NCBI GenBank assembly: GCA_000165425.1 | Contig: CT868296.1 | Span: 372,001 to 436,000 of the forward strand | Length of the DNA stretch: 64,000 nt | Direction: 5' to 3' | Source of the DNA: Paramecium tetraurelia | Lineage: Eukaryota | Part shown: piece after piece, positions 40,673-52,762 of the stretch | How the letters are laid out: every line of letters begins with the position of its first letter | How positions within the stretch are numbered: position 1 is the first letter of the stretch | The notes under the pieces: generated by a model | The model's database searches: none | What the model was told of the DNA's origin: nothing | What the model saw: the letters and a program-made list of their open reading frames with translations, nothing else | Made by a program: the position numbers and the translations under genes

Positions 40673-42415
40673 ATGGATTATCATCCATAAAAAGGAGGGT
40701 ATGGAATACCAATGAGTGGTAATATCCTGTCAGGCTATAAACATTATTACAAAGCTACAAATCACATAAGAATGCCATATGTAGAAGAAACCTATGAATT
40801 TAAAGAAGAAGATAAATAAGACCATGTAGATTTCACAAAAAAGGAGAAATCAGGAATAAAGATATTTGATGACAACACATTGGAATTTGAATGCAAAAAA
40901 CTCACTATGCAAGATTTAGAAAAATTGGATTTATAACAAAGCAACATTACTGAATAAGGCATGTCCACGATTTGCTCCTCAAAGAATTGTTGCAATATAA
41001 CTGAATTGGATTTATCAAAGAATTCTTATAATGTGACAGACACCTTCCTCAGATTGATAGGAGAGTCGTAATATTTAGTTAAACTCGAAACCTTATTCCT
41101 TGATGACAGTGCTGTATCTGATAATGGAATTATGTTTATAACATAGCCTTTTACAAAACCAGTTGATCAATATACTTTGTATGCCACCCACAATTTAAGA
41201 AGAACTAAAAAGCATCTGGAATCAACTAGAGGAATGACAGGTCAAAATTTTAATAGTACTGCAGCTATGACTCATACCAGCGATTCGTAAACTCAGTTCT
41301 CAGATTCAAACAAATTCAGAAATTTTGTGAACCATCTTAACAAATTATCTCTTTAAGGATTAAATATAACAGATAGAGGACTCTAATGTATTTCTTTTAG
41401 TTAGAATGTACGTCTTCGATATTTGAATTTGTCATTTACTAAAATAACTGATAAAGGAATCGTTGAATACTTTAATTCTTCCAATAGCGCATTTTTAGAA
41501 TACTTAGACATCTCTCATTAACCAATTACAGATGAAAGCATCAAAGCGTTTGCATATTCTGAATTTTGCAAATCCTTGATTGTTTTCATAATAAACAGTT
41601 GCCCATTGACTAATGAGAGTATGATTCATCTTTGCAATTCTCCTAATACTATTAATATGGTGGAACTAAATCTTGGCACATTCACTAAATCTTATATGAC
41701 AGGAGATGCCATTAGAATTTTAAGTGAAGCCAAGTATATGAGTGCCCTAAAGAATTTGAATTTAGATGGACAACCATTTCCAGAGAGTAATTTTGATATT
41801 TTATAAATTTACAGTCACCCTTCTAAAATTCATCAAGAGTCCTATCATGAATAATATAGAAAAATTGTCGATAGCAAAGAATGAGGACATCACAGATAGT
41901 TTTTGTGGAGCCATCTATGAATTTTATCAGGCAGAACAATATAAGTCTTTAAAGTATTTGAATTTAATGAAGACCAATATTACTGAGAGAGGAGTTGTCC
42001 AATTATAAGATTTATTTAAGTTAGTTCATTCAATTGATAACTTGTCTTCATTGGTAAAAAGTAATTAATATGTTAATCACTAATTCTAGTTAAGGAACAA
42101 ACAAGAGCAGGAATAAAGTGCTTTATATGTGATCGATGTTTGTAGTAGTAGGATACTGAAAGGGATAATTATAGAGATAAAAAAGCACCAATAAATCCAC
42201 ATAATTGTTTTATTTGCAGAACCAGATAGATTACAACAATAGAGTATCCAGCAAAAGCTTGTTATGGATGTGGCAAAGGGTTCCAAGAGAAAACATGTCA
42301 TTTGTGTTAAAAACAAACAGGAAAGCATCAATTATTTAGATGTCATCTTTGTGCTATCGGTAATAACAAATTCAAGTGCTTTAATTGTGATAGAATGATT
42401 TTGGCCAAAAGATGA
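40673..42415 (+). CDS. RNI-like leucine-rich-repeat protein with C-terminal PHF5/Rds3-like zinc cluster
   Basis: LxxLDLSxN/xITDxG repeats (ITELDLSKNS, LRYLNLSFTKITDKG, LKYLNLMKTNITERG). A 29-nt intron at 42061-42089 joins these to a domain with six CxxC motifs ending at TGA 42413-42415. Confidence 0.82.
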
Positions 42416-42516
42416 AAAACTGAATAATTGATATACTTATTATTATTTAATATGTAATAAGACGCAATAAATAATGAGGAATTGCTGTTAATGATATGTA
42501 TTAATGTATATATACA

Positions 42517-43116
42517 TCACATCTTGACTTCTTTTAATCCGTCTAAAATGTAAACAAAAGCTGGAGAGGCTTAACCTTCCTTGTAATAACCAAGAACGAT
42601 GTGATTTTCCATGTCATATGACTCAGGGAACAGTAGCTGAAACCATAAATTGCATATATTACAATTAGAGATCGTTGAAGTTAGCAGAAACCCATTTGAT
42701 GAATTCACCAGCACCCTTTTAGAATGAAGCAACTCTATTAGGTTTGTTGGCTTCTAAGTATGCCTTGACCTTCTTGGCATAGGCCTTGAAGTATGTGACA
42801 TAATCAGCTTTGGTAAATTGTGTTTCAGCGTATTTTAAAAGCATCAATAATGTTATTCACTTTTTAGGCTTAATCATCTACACCACCATCTTCTTCATCT
42901 TCATTCTTGCCACCGAAATGACCACCAGCACCTAAAGATATTATTTCTTTAAATTACCAACATCAACATTGAGTGCTCCTTTAACAATATCTTATGATTG
43001 AACTTCACCAATAACACCTTCGAATTTCTCTTCCATATTGAAACTGTCTGAAACGATTTCTTCTCCACTGAATGCGTCAACGTAGATCTAAATATAGTTT
43101 ATGTTTATACCTTCAT
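42517..43116 (-). CDS. TCTP: Translationally controlled tumour protein
   Basis: MK-intron-IYVDAFSGEEIVSDSF, FTKADYVTYFKAYAKKV, YDMENHIVLGYY, PAFVYILDGLKEVKM. Confidence 0.95.
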
Positions 43117-43239
43117 TTAATTTTTATCTAATAAAAAGATTTAAATTTTTGGTCATCATAATTAATGGTTTTATATTGTTTTCATATTCATTTAAGCATC
43201 TCATAATAGTTAATAAATATATAATAATCTTGATGCAAT

Positions 43240-44668
43240 TCATTACTTCTTTTTCCCTATCACCAAGTGTGCAACTCCCTTCTTCTTTTACTCTTCCTTC
43301 AAAGCCTGCATCAATGGTCCTTCTGATTGAGCCCTCATTTTTTATTTTTGTCTTATTAATTCGCTTCTCTTCTTTTTCTCTATTTTGTTCTTACTTGGAC
43401 CATCTCCATGGAATATCCAACACTAATATCTGAATGCTTCTTTAGGTGTCATTAATTTTCCAGAATGATCTCTATAAACTAAATTTATTTCCCCGTCCTT
43501 TTATTCTTGATCTTTAAAAACTCTCTGATCTTTATTTCTCCCAACATAGTCATACTTCGATGGATTCAATTCTCCTCTCTTTCTAAGTAACCCCAAAGTT
43601 GCAGTTAATCCATGAACATGTTACCCTTCCTCCAAAAACTCTATGCCATCCTCATCCTTTTTAATTTCATTATTGTCTTTCTCTTATTACTCCTCTTGCT
43701 ATTCCTCTTTCTCTACAAATATATCATTTTTTTAAATCTCTTCCCTTATATTCTCCAATTCCATTTTTGATTATTATTATCTATTTTATACAACTATTCT
43801 TTCCGTAGGTAATCTAACATTTACCACTGATGTTGTTCCATTTTTAGTATCTCTGATTGAATATCCTGTATTAATTCTGAGATTAATCTCCTCCATTTCC
43901 TTGTCTGTCTTAACATTGCTTAAAAAATCAGTTGATTATTCAATGACTTTAATTTCTTATACTTCACTTCCTTGAATCTTTACTTATGGAATCATAAATT
44001 CATTCTATTTTATCTTGTGCAATTCCTCCTCTTTCTATTTATTTTAATCCATGAGCTCCTTAATATTATCTTCTTGTTTTTGTATTTGCTAATTCATTTT
44101 CTATCTTTATTAATTTAAGATGGATCTCTGTAATAATTCATAATCATCTTCCTCTAATATAGCCTTATCTATCTTAGATATTCGTTCTTCAGCAAATGGA
44201 TTTGCTTATTATGGTTTTTGAAATTTCTTTTTAATCAATGTAGTTGGAATACTTGGCTTATAATCACTTGCCACATTATCTATTACATTCAATGAAATCT
44301 GCTAATTTTTGTTTAGTTTACTTTTGATTGCTTATAAATCATTCTACTTTGGTTCATCTATTAACTTTCCATCAGAGGCAATATAGAAACCTTCTTTTTC
44401 TATTTTGATTTTCATCGTACTTATCTAAGATTTCCTTCTTCTCTTCGCCATCATATTTCTAACTATAATGTGCTTTCTTTATTTATTCCTTTAACTTTTC
44501 ATTTTTTTTAATCTGATCCTAAACTTTAATCAGATCGTTTTCAAGCACATCGTCTACTTCGTTTAATTGATCACCATCCAACAATTGTTAATCTGCCAAG
44601 CAAAGTATCATCTCTCCACCTACTTATATTTCATCTTCATTTACGTCTACTTTAATTTTGTGTGACAT
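43240..44668 (-). CDS. SART1: U4/U6.U5 tri-snRNP protein SART1/Snu66 homologue
   Basis: GGEMILCLADQQLLDG...DVLEN at the N-terminus; GLTATLGLLRKRGEL; INLVYRDHSGKLMTPKEAFRYQCWIFHGDGPSKNKIEK. Confidence 0.88.
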
Positions 44669-44769
44669 TTAATTAAATTATATATTTAATATTATTGTGT
44701 AATTTGTGCTAAACGCAGAGTGATTCTATTTGATATAGTTCTCTATAAATTTATAGAAAAAATCATAAT

Positions 44770-47700
44770 TCACCATTCATCAGTATTTTTGATGTTTCCT
44801 TCTTTTTCATCTAACGGAACAGCTAATTTAACTTCTGGGACTTTAAAAGTTTCATTTAAATTCATTTTTTCTAATGATTAATAGAATTAATTTACCATCC
44901 TCTGACAATGAATTGAAATTGACAGGTATGACTGATTATTTTCCATTTTTGATATTTGTATTTCAGTTCCTCAAACTCAGTACAAGCTGTAATTAAATAT
45001 TTTAATTAATTCTGGGTTACTGCAACCTTTTTCTCTGGTAATTTGATCTGCGGTTTCAATTAATTACTAGTGCCTGTAAATAATGGGATGGCAGCATCTT
45101 ATTCATCCTCATCAATGATTCTATAAGATTAAGCATCACTGCTACTATTTTAGTCAGACGAACCTTTTTTTTTATCTTAAATCCTCCTTTTGATTAATTT
45201 GGTTTTCATCTATTTGTGATAATGAGATTCCTCGATCATTTAATTTAATTGATGATTGGCCGACAATTGTTTGCCCTCTTCTATTTATTATATAAATCGA
45301 AAAAACTTCATGTAGATGACATCAGACTATATATAATGTGATATCAAATAATTACAATGATGGCCTTAGATGAATTCTTTTAATCGAAAAAACTATGCTG
45401 CTTTTTTGGCTTCACTTATTGCTAATACTTTTGTATCAAATCCCTATAGGATAAATTATAAAGTTATACTCCTCATTCAAATTCTTATTAGATTTATGAA
45501 GATGTTGTATTCTGTAGAGGAGAATGTGATGGAAAATCATTCTGATGTTGAAGGACCAGTGCATAAAAAACTTAGTGGCCACATTCTCAAACAGCAAGTC
45601 TGTGATGTCCTTCCTTATGTCCACTATTAATTAAAGTCGATAACAATACATGGAAATAAGACATAGTTATTGTATATCAGCCAAAGACATTTTGAAACGC
45701 TGAAAGCATGTTCGCATTATAATAGGATCATTCTAATTCCTTTCAAAAAGAACTACTAATCCAAGGAGGTTGGCATTGATAATTTATGATTACAGAGATA
45801 TTATAAACAAGAATTGAGGATTTCTAAGCAATTCAATAGAGCTTCAGAATCAAAGAGATTTGTTTTGTTAAAGAGAATAACTATAACAATGTTCAACAAA
45901 CCTGTGTTATTCAACAGTGAACACATGGCAGCCTTCATTATATCTGGGTAATTCTTAAGTTCTTTAGCCTTCATTTCCAAGAGGATGGCTTTGATCAAAA
46001 CATTATACCCCGGCAATTGCTGATAAGGGACATTCTATTTGACGACAACTGAAATGTCGATTAAATCACACCACTCCTTCAGAAAAAAAAGAAGAATGCA
46101 ATGCCTCTTTTGCCAATTCTCTTCTGCCATTCTTCTTGATTGATAATTTCCATAAGCTTATTGATGTTGGCATTATATTTGGGTTGCTTAGTAAGATATT
46201 CGTAAAAGTGCCTATTCCAATCAAATAAGTCATTGAATTCCTTGTTTGTTATTTCATCAGTTTGTTTAGTGAGTGACCTCCATTCTGGTAGTTATGGATC
46301 ATCAACTCTTTGCACACTCTCAATTATTTTGGTTCTAAATTCTGGGATTTTAAAATAGGCACTGGCAAAGAAGTGTTCAACAAATGTTCGTTCATTATCA
46401 GCCAAAGATTTTTGTTTCAATTTTTGCAATACAATACCAAGAGACTTATATAAAAATGACTAATAATTGAGACCTATCTCAGTCTTGAATTTAAGCAGTT
46501 TCTCACTAGTTTTTTCTGTTTCCTCTGAAAATCCTACTTGATTTAAACTTAATTCTCCTCTATTTAAAATTAACTTAAGTAGAACGTAATACTCCTCTCG
46601 GATTGACTCTTCCTATTGGTCTGCAGATTCTAACAACTTTAAGGCTATCTCGATTAATAATTTCTGAGCGTTGAATAGATCCTGTTGAGATTTGTACTCA
46701 AAACAAATGATTGACTATTTGTCAGTCTATTTTAATATATTCTAGATGGTTCTAAGATAGAGAGCTTGAGAATTCTTCAATTCTGATTTAAGGAATAACT
46801 TAATTATAGTTGAGAATATTACATCTTTGGTTGAACAATTTTGTATCTTGTATTGGACATCCAATAAATGCTGTCCTGCCTGACTTAATTGTTGGATCTC
46901 TTTGACTGGCATCTTCCCTGAATTTACAACACTACTTCCCTATTGTATTCCCTTGTCTGTTCTCACACCAACAATTTGTTAATTTAAATAGGTAGGAATG
47001 ATAACTTAAAGATTGCAATTCAAATTGCCTTCCAATACACCGTGATTCCATAGTCTCCTATTAGTCTGTTGATACAAAATCTTGTACACTTTCAAATTAT
47101 TCTCAATAATCTATAGAGATATCTATGAAAACATACTTGATCACTATTCAATGCTTAGGTGAAGATTTGATTCAAATTGAAATAGGTTTCTGCTATAAGG
47201 GAATAATGCGGTTTGCTCATTGCTGATGTAGGATTAATGGCTTGATTGGCCTATTCGTTGTACCACAAGCAAACTTAGATGCTGGAGGATGATATTTCAA
47301 TGAGGGGCACTTCAACTGTCATTTCAACTCCGGATTATTTGTACACAATTTGTTTGATAACTTGTTTTTTGGCTTACGCACTATTGTTAGTGGATTGCTA
47401 ATTCTTTTGATAGGCAGGATTCAAGAATGCATCTGAGTATTCGCTTTAAAAACACAAGACTGAAGTGACCATTTTGAGTGAATAATAATACTCTGAATGT
47501 ATTAACGGTTCATTCATATTAAATTCCATCAACTAAGGCACAATGCTAACTTTTATGATTTAAGCGATTTTAAAGTCAAAACTGATTTTACCTTATTGTT
47601 GTTTCTTATTAATTAGGCCAGTGTATTCGTAATCCATGTGTTATGGGCCTGTAGCTATTAAAAACAAATTAATTGATATGGAAGCAATATTCTCATTATT

Positions 47701-48065
47701 TGGTGTCAGCAACACAACGTTCAGATATTGCTTCTTTAATTGCTCCTCGGTTATAGACATCTAAAACGCATGAGTCTATTTAAACTAGATTGTAACATGA
47801 ATTGTTTAATTTACATATAATTTTCCATAAAGTTCTTTCGAGCATTCCGTCTCAAACTAACCAAATTCACCTATTTTCATTGATATTTTGCCAGCTGGCT
47901 ATAATACTATAATCACTAGATTTAAAATACCAGATTATCCATCTTCACTTTGATACCTGATATTTTCACATTAAACTCCAAAGTCCCTTGAGTTTGGATA
48001 GGTATCGATTCTATGTCAGTCACTAGAGTTTCCTTTTACTAAGACCTTCCTGCACAAATACCCAT
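44770..48065 (-). CDS. Large protein with N-terminal C2-like domains and helical DUF1765-like region
   Basis: MGICAG acylation-type start, LEFNVKISGIKV, INLFLIATGPQHMDY, FVEHFFASAYFKIPEFR, PGYNVLIKAILLEM. Ends ...NTDEW-TGA. The domain names are by resemblance. Confidence 0.7.
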
Positions 48066-48108
48066 TATTATTATTAATATGTATCTAATATATTATATTT
48101 AATATTTA

Positions 48109-48999
48109 TCACGGGTCTTCTTTAAAGTATTCAGTTAAAACATTTAAGAACTTATTTTGCGAATCCACATTCATACTTCTCTTTCTCGATATCTCCTCCT
48201 TCTTCTTCGGTTTGTCCAAATTTAAAATAATTGCCAATTCCACATTCGAAGGATCGTCATTCAATTTCTTACTTAACTCTAATAACTCACTATTATATTT
48301 GATCAATTGATCCTCCTTCATTTCTTGGAATTGAATCAAGTATTGTTAGAATGTCAATTCCTACTTTTGTTATCTCAAGAAGCTCTGTGTGAATTCTTTG
48401 CACTTCTTTTTGAATTTGACCTAATTGAATAAATCAGGTATTCTAAATTATTGGCAATTTATTTTGATTTGAATCTAACGGAGAGTGATCATATTGAAAA
48501 CTTGTTGAACTATTTCCAATTCCTCTGGAGTGGCATCCTTCAATTTCACTTGACTCAATTCAAATTGTTGTTTCCCAAATTATTCCCTTATTTGTTCAAT
48601 GGTCAATTACTCTTTGTTCAAACTCCTCTTTTCACTTCTTTTCATTGTCACATATGCTGACTCTAACTTCTTAATCCCATTGTTTTGGTTGTATTTGAAT
48701 GTGTAATCATAGATCCTCTTCGCCTACATGTATTACAATAGAGAGATTCGATATTGATCGAAGTACTTTTACTTTTGTTCTGGAGTCAAAAGCTTGTAAT
48801 GTTGATTCAGCAATTTAATAATATCTCTTTATTCTACCTTTTATTGTAATTCTGATTTTAATTGTTTTTATTACTCATTCAAAAATAAGATGAAAGGTGA
48901 TGCCACTCTCGAAGGAGGATTGGGAATTAGATATTTACCCTCGACTTGATTTCCCACCAACTAATATTTTCTGAGGAGCTTTTTCAAAACTTAATTCAT
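48109..48999 (-). CDS. HMG-box protein with basic N-terminal leader
   Basis: MNQVLKKLLRKYQL..., PNPPSRVASPFILFLNEQ...HYKLLTPEQKQKYFDQY; open to TGA 48109. Confidence 0.75.
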
Positions 49000-49086
49000 T
49001 CTATTTATATATCACAATTTTAAAAGTAATTATATTGTGCATTAATAATTGTATTAGAATACCCAATAGTAATCATAATAATCAAT

Positions 49087-49689
49087 TCAAATCTCATTAA
49101 TCACAGGCGTATTTCTCCCGAGATCTCTTGGCTTGTTTTAGAAGGCTGTTAAGTTTTTCCTCGTCCTTCGACTTGTCTATTACACCACTTTTCTTTGATC
49201 CACAAATGCAGTTGTCAAACAATTCAAACTACTTATTCTCGGTAAATTATGTTGATTTCCTCCCTCATTTCGAATGTAGAAGTTCTCAATCCGTTCCGAC
49301 TCAAATCTATATCTTTGCTGTTTGATAGATTCAAAGTCTTCAAAATCCCTATGATAAAAAAAGTCTGTATTGAGTTTTTTGCTGTTTGTGTGATTAGCCT
49401 TCTCCCATAACTTTTACAACTATAAATGCTTTAACCTCTCGTCCTCCATTTTCTTTGACTCTCTCAACTTAATAATAGAATCTAATAACTTCTTTCGTTA
49501 TTGTTGAGTTTCCAAATTTCGAAGAGCCTTTGATATCTAATTGGAGTTGAAAGGATCATTCACACTTTGCATCTATTTACGAACTTTTGAGAGAAATAGT
49601 TATTTTTGTTAGAAAATCAATTATTTGGAGAAATTTGGAGGAGATAAGGAACTTGGGATTTTGTATTAAGAGACTGAATTAGATTTCAT
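49087..49689 (-). CDS. Hypothetical protein (200 aa)
   Basis: MKSNSVSQYKIPSSLSPP...LPRISSL...INEI-TGA; intronless open frame. Confidence 0.7.
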
Positions 49690-49777
49690 AAAACTTTAAT
49701 AATCATAATCACTGATACAATTTATTGATTCCAAATTACAATAGTAAATTACAAATATTGATGGAAGTATAACTATA

Positions 49778-50530
49778 TCACAAATCTTCATTAATCATCT
49801 CCTCCTCCAACCATTGTCTATCAATCATTCCTTCACTATCAATCTTTGGTCTCAGAGGATATGAGGTGGATGGTCTTCTCTTTCTTGATTTGCTCTTTCT
49901 ACTGTTTTATTGTATCAACTAAGCTAGTAAGGCGTCAACGTAGTCGCCCTTCAAAGGAGATTTCGGAGTTTGAACCATGGACTGAGACCAACAAAGAGTG
50001 CTCTTTTTTGTCCTTTCTATGACTCATAATTTACTTGTACTTGTAGACTAATCCTTTTTTTGTGGACTTATAGGTCTCACAGGAGATATTTTCTTAGAAT
50101 AAATCTTTTTGTATCCAATTGTTTTGTTCTTCTTTCCGTGTCTCCTCTTAATCGGACTTATGATGTCATCCTCTTCTGTGATTGTTTCCAATTAAGGCTT
50201 CTTACCCATTAAGCCATCATCTAGAGATATCTCCGTCACAACTGAATTATTCATGCATGACACCCAGACCATGTTTTCTCCAGGGTACACTAAGCATTAA
50301 AGCATAAATCGCTTCTTTATTGGATCCAATTACAATAAGACCTCTTGGGTTTGAATTTTAAGTGCCACCACTTCTTTGAGCTTGAAGTAATTAATGACTT
50401 CCTCCTTGTTCGTAAAACTTGTAAAATCTAAATCTATTAAAGTACAGAAGTTTAGTTGAATTTCCTCAGGCTCTGGATACATTATTCTTAAATCCTTAGA
50501 AGCCCCTTCCACTCTCAATGAAATACTCAT
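49778..50530 (-). CDS. Hypothetical protein
   Basis: The track ORF MSISLRVEGASK continues through TAA/TAG codons to ...WLEEEMINEDL-TGA; internal splicing not fully resolved. Confidence 0.65.
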
Positions 50531-50608
50531 ATACGTTAAAATAAATTAATAATTAATAATGCAAACAATTAATGCTTCTGAAAGCATTTTTTATTATTTA
50601 GCTTAATT

Positions 50609-50877
50609 ATGGAGAATTCAGATCAAACCAATTCACCATATAATCCAATCATTAATCCTAAATACTCCATTCCATTCAAAAAGCCTCTCTACTTCAAACT
50701 CAAAGATGTGATTGCCCAAAAAGTCAATCCTATGACTCCAAAGCTACCTCTTTTCCTGAAAAACATTCATGTCACTGTAAATCAGAAGTTATTTGTTATT
50801 GCAATTATTACCACTTACGTTGTGCAAAACACATTAGGTAACTACAATTTTGACTTTAATTAGAGGTTATTGGTTGA
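50609..50877 (+). CDS. Small hypothetical protein (about 80 aa) with hydrophobic C-terminal segment
   Basis: MENSDQTNSPYNPII...LFVIAIITTYVVQNTL, 26-nt intron, EVIG-TGA. Confidence 0.5.
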
Positions 50878-51206
50878 GCATATATATGTATTTCTAATAT
50901 CAATTATATACAATAATAATTTAATATATAAAAGAAACTTAATTCAAATAAAAGCGAGAGAAATAAATAGGAATGCAAATCTGATTAACATTATACATCT
51001 GGGGTGGGGAGAATAGATGATAGTGAAATACTCATATTTCAATTATAGAACTATGAAGATTAAATAGTTTATTGATAGGGAATAAATACTCAGAAAGCAT
51101 AACCAATGCATAGCATTTTTTAATTATTAATAATAAACATGTTTGAAATTTCATATTCTAACCATAGTTGAATATATTTTTATAACTTATAAATCTTTAA
51201 TAACAT

Positions 51207-52030
51207 ATGAGTAATTAGAACAATGGGAAGGAATTACCTGATAATAATAAGAAAAATTAAAATAAGCAAGTATTTGAAAAAAGTTTACATTCCCACAAGA
51301 TCGAATATGGAACTACATATCAGGGAGAATGGGTACGAAAATGTTTATTAAAATAAGAATGGAGATATAAGAGAAGGTTTTGGTGAATAATTGTGGCCAG
51401 ATGGAGCAAAGTATGTTGGAGAGTGGGAAGATAATCAAGCTAATGGTAAAGGTACCTTCTATTATGCTGGAGGAGGGATATGTACATTTAGAAATATTTT
51501 TAGATGAAGGAGAATGGAAAAATAATAAGGCAAATGGAAAGGGGAAATTAACTTATGTAGATGGATCATATTATGAAGGGGATTGGTATGAAGACTAAAA
51601 ACATGGAAAGGGAGTTGAAATTACGACTCCTGGAGACAAATATTATGGAGAACTTAAATATGGTGAAAAAGATGGGTTCGGTAAATATATTTGGCCAGAT
51701 GGGAGTAGTTATGAAGGGGAATGGTAATGTAATCAAATGAATGGTGTTGGAAAATATATTTGGGAAGATGGGAGAAGTTATGAAGGTCAATATCAAATGT
51801 GTAAGATGCATGGGTAAGGAGTACACAAATGGCCAGATGAAAAAATGTATGAAGGAGGTTATTTTTAAGATAAAAAACATGGATACGGAGTTTTCACTTG
51901 GACGAATGGTAAGAAATATGCCGGAAATTGGTTTAAAGGAGAAAAAGATGGAAAAGGACAATTGATTACAGCTGGTGGAGAAATTTTTGAAGGAGAATGG
52001 AGTAAAGGGATTTTAATTAGTTCTAAATGA
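51207..52030 (+). CDS. MORN-repeat protein
   Basis: YQGEW, GEQLWPDGAKYVGEW, GKYIWPDGSSYEGEW and further repeats; TGA at 52028-52030. Confidence 0.9.
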
Positions 52031-52042
52031 ATTCATTATTTT

Positions 52043-52653
52043 TCACATTATTACGCCTGAATCCACAATACGTACTAATTTCTTTGGAGCTCCATTCGTT
52101 GATGAAACTAATTTATTTAAATTTATTGTAACTTTTTTCTAACTCGTCTAATATACTGTAATCCTCAACTATCTTTCCGAAAACTGTATGCAATCCATCA
52201 ACCCATGAGCAATCTGTAAAAGTAAAAAAGAATTAAGACCCTATATTTCCATTTCCGTCATTGAACATTGAAACTAGTCCTCTCTAATCATGTTTGAATC
52301 TAATGGGTTCAGCTTTGAATGTTGGCCCATAAATACTGCATTACCCTGTTCCATCTTTATTCAAGATATCTCCACCAAGTGCCATGAAATTGCTATAAAC
52401 CTTGTGAAATGGAATATCTCTAAAATTTAATTTCACATCTTGTCTAGATACTTAATATCATACATGGATTGGATTTTTCTCCTGTGCATAATGCTCTAAA
52501 ATTTTCACAAGTTTTAGGCATTTCATCATAAAACAATTTAATAATGACTCTTTTGGGTTTATCAGCACCAATTTTTATATCCAAAAATACCAATTGTACC
52601 TTTACGGCAGTTTGCTTGCTGAAACTGTAAAATAATGATGAATCAGTAAGCAT
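52043..52653 (-). CDS. Divergent single-domain cyclophilin
   Basis: [65 protein letters not shown]; two introns. Confidence 0.92.
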
Positions 52654-52762
52654 TTAAATTATTGATAATAATTATTAAAATTATCTCCTTAATTAGAAGC
52701 ACAAAATGGATGTCTAAATAGATATTGGATTGAATAATGTGATGAAGTTTGATAATTAAATT

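Noticed and set aside
44742..44757. Perfect 16-bp palindrome TCTATAAATTTATAGA
   Set aside because: Almost all A/T and single copy; plausible by chance in this composition.
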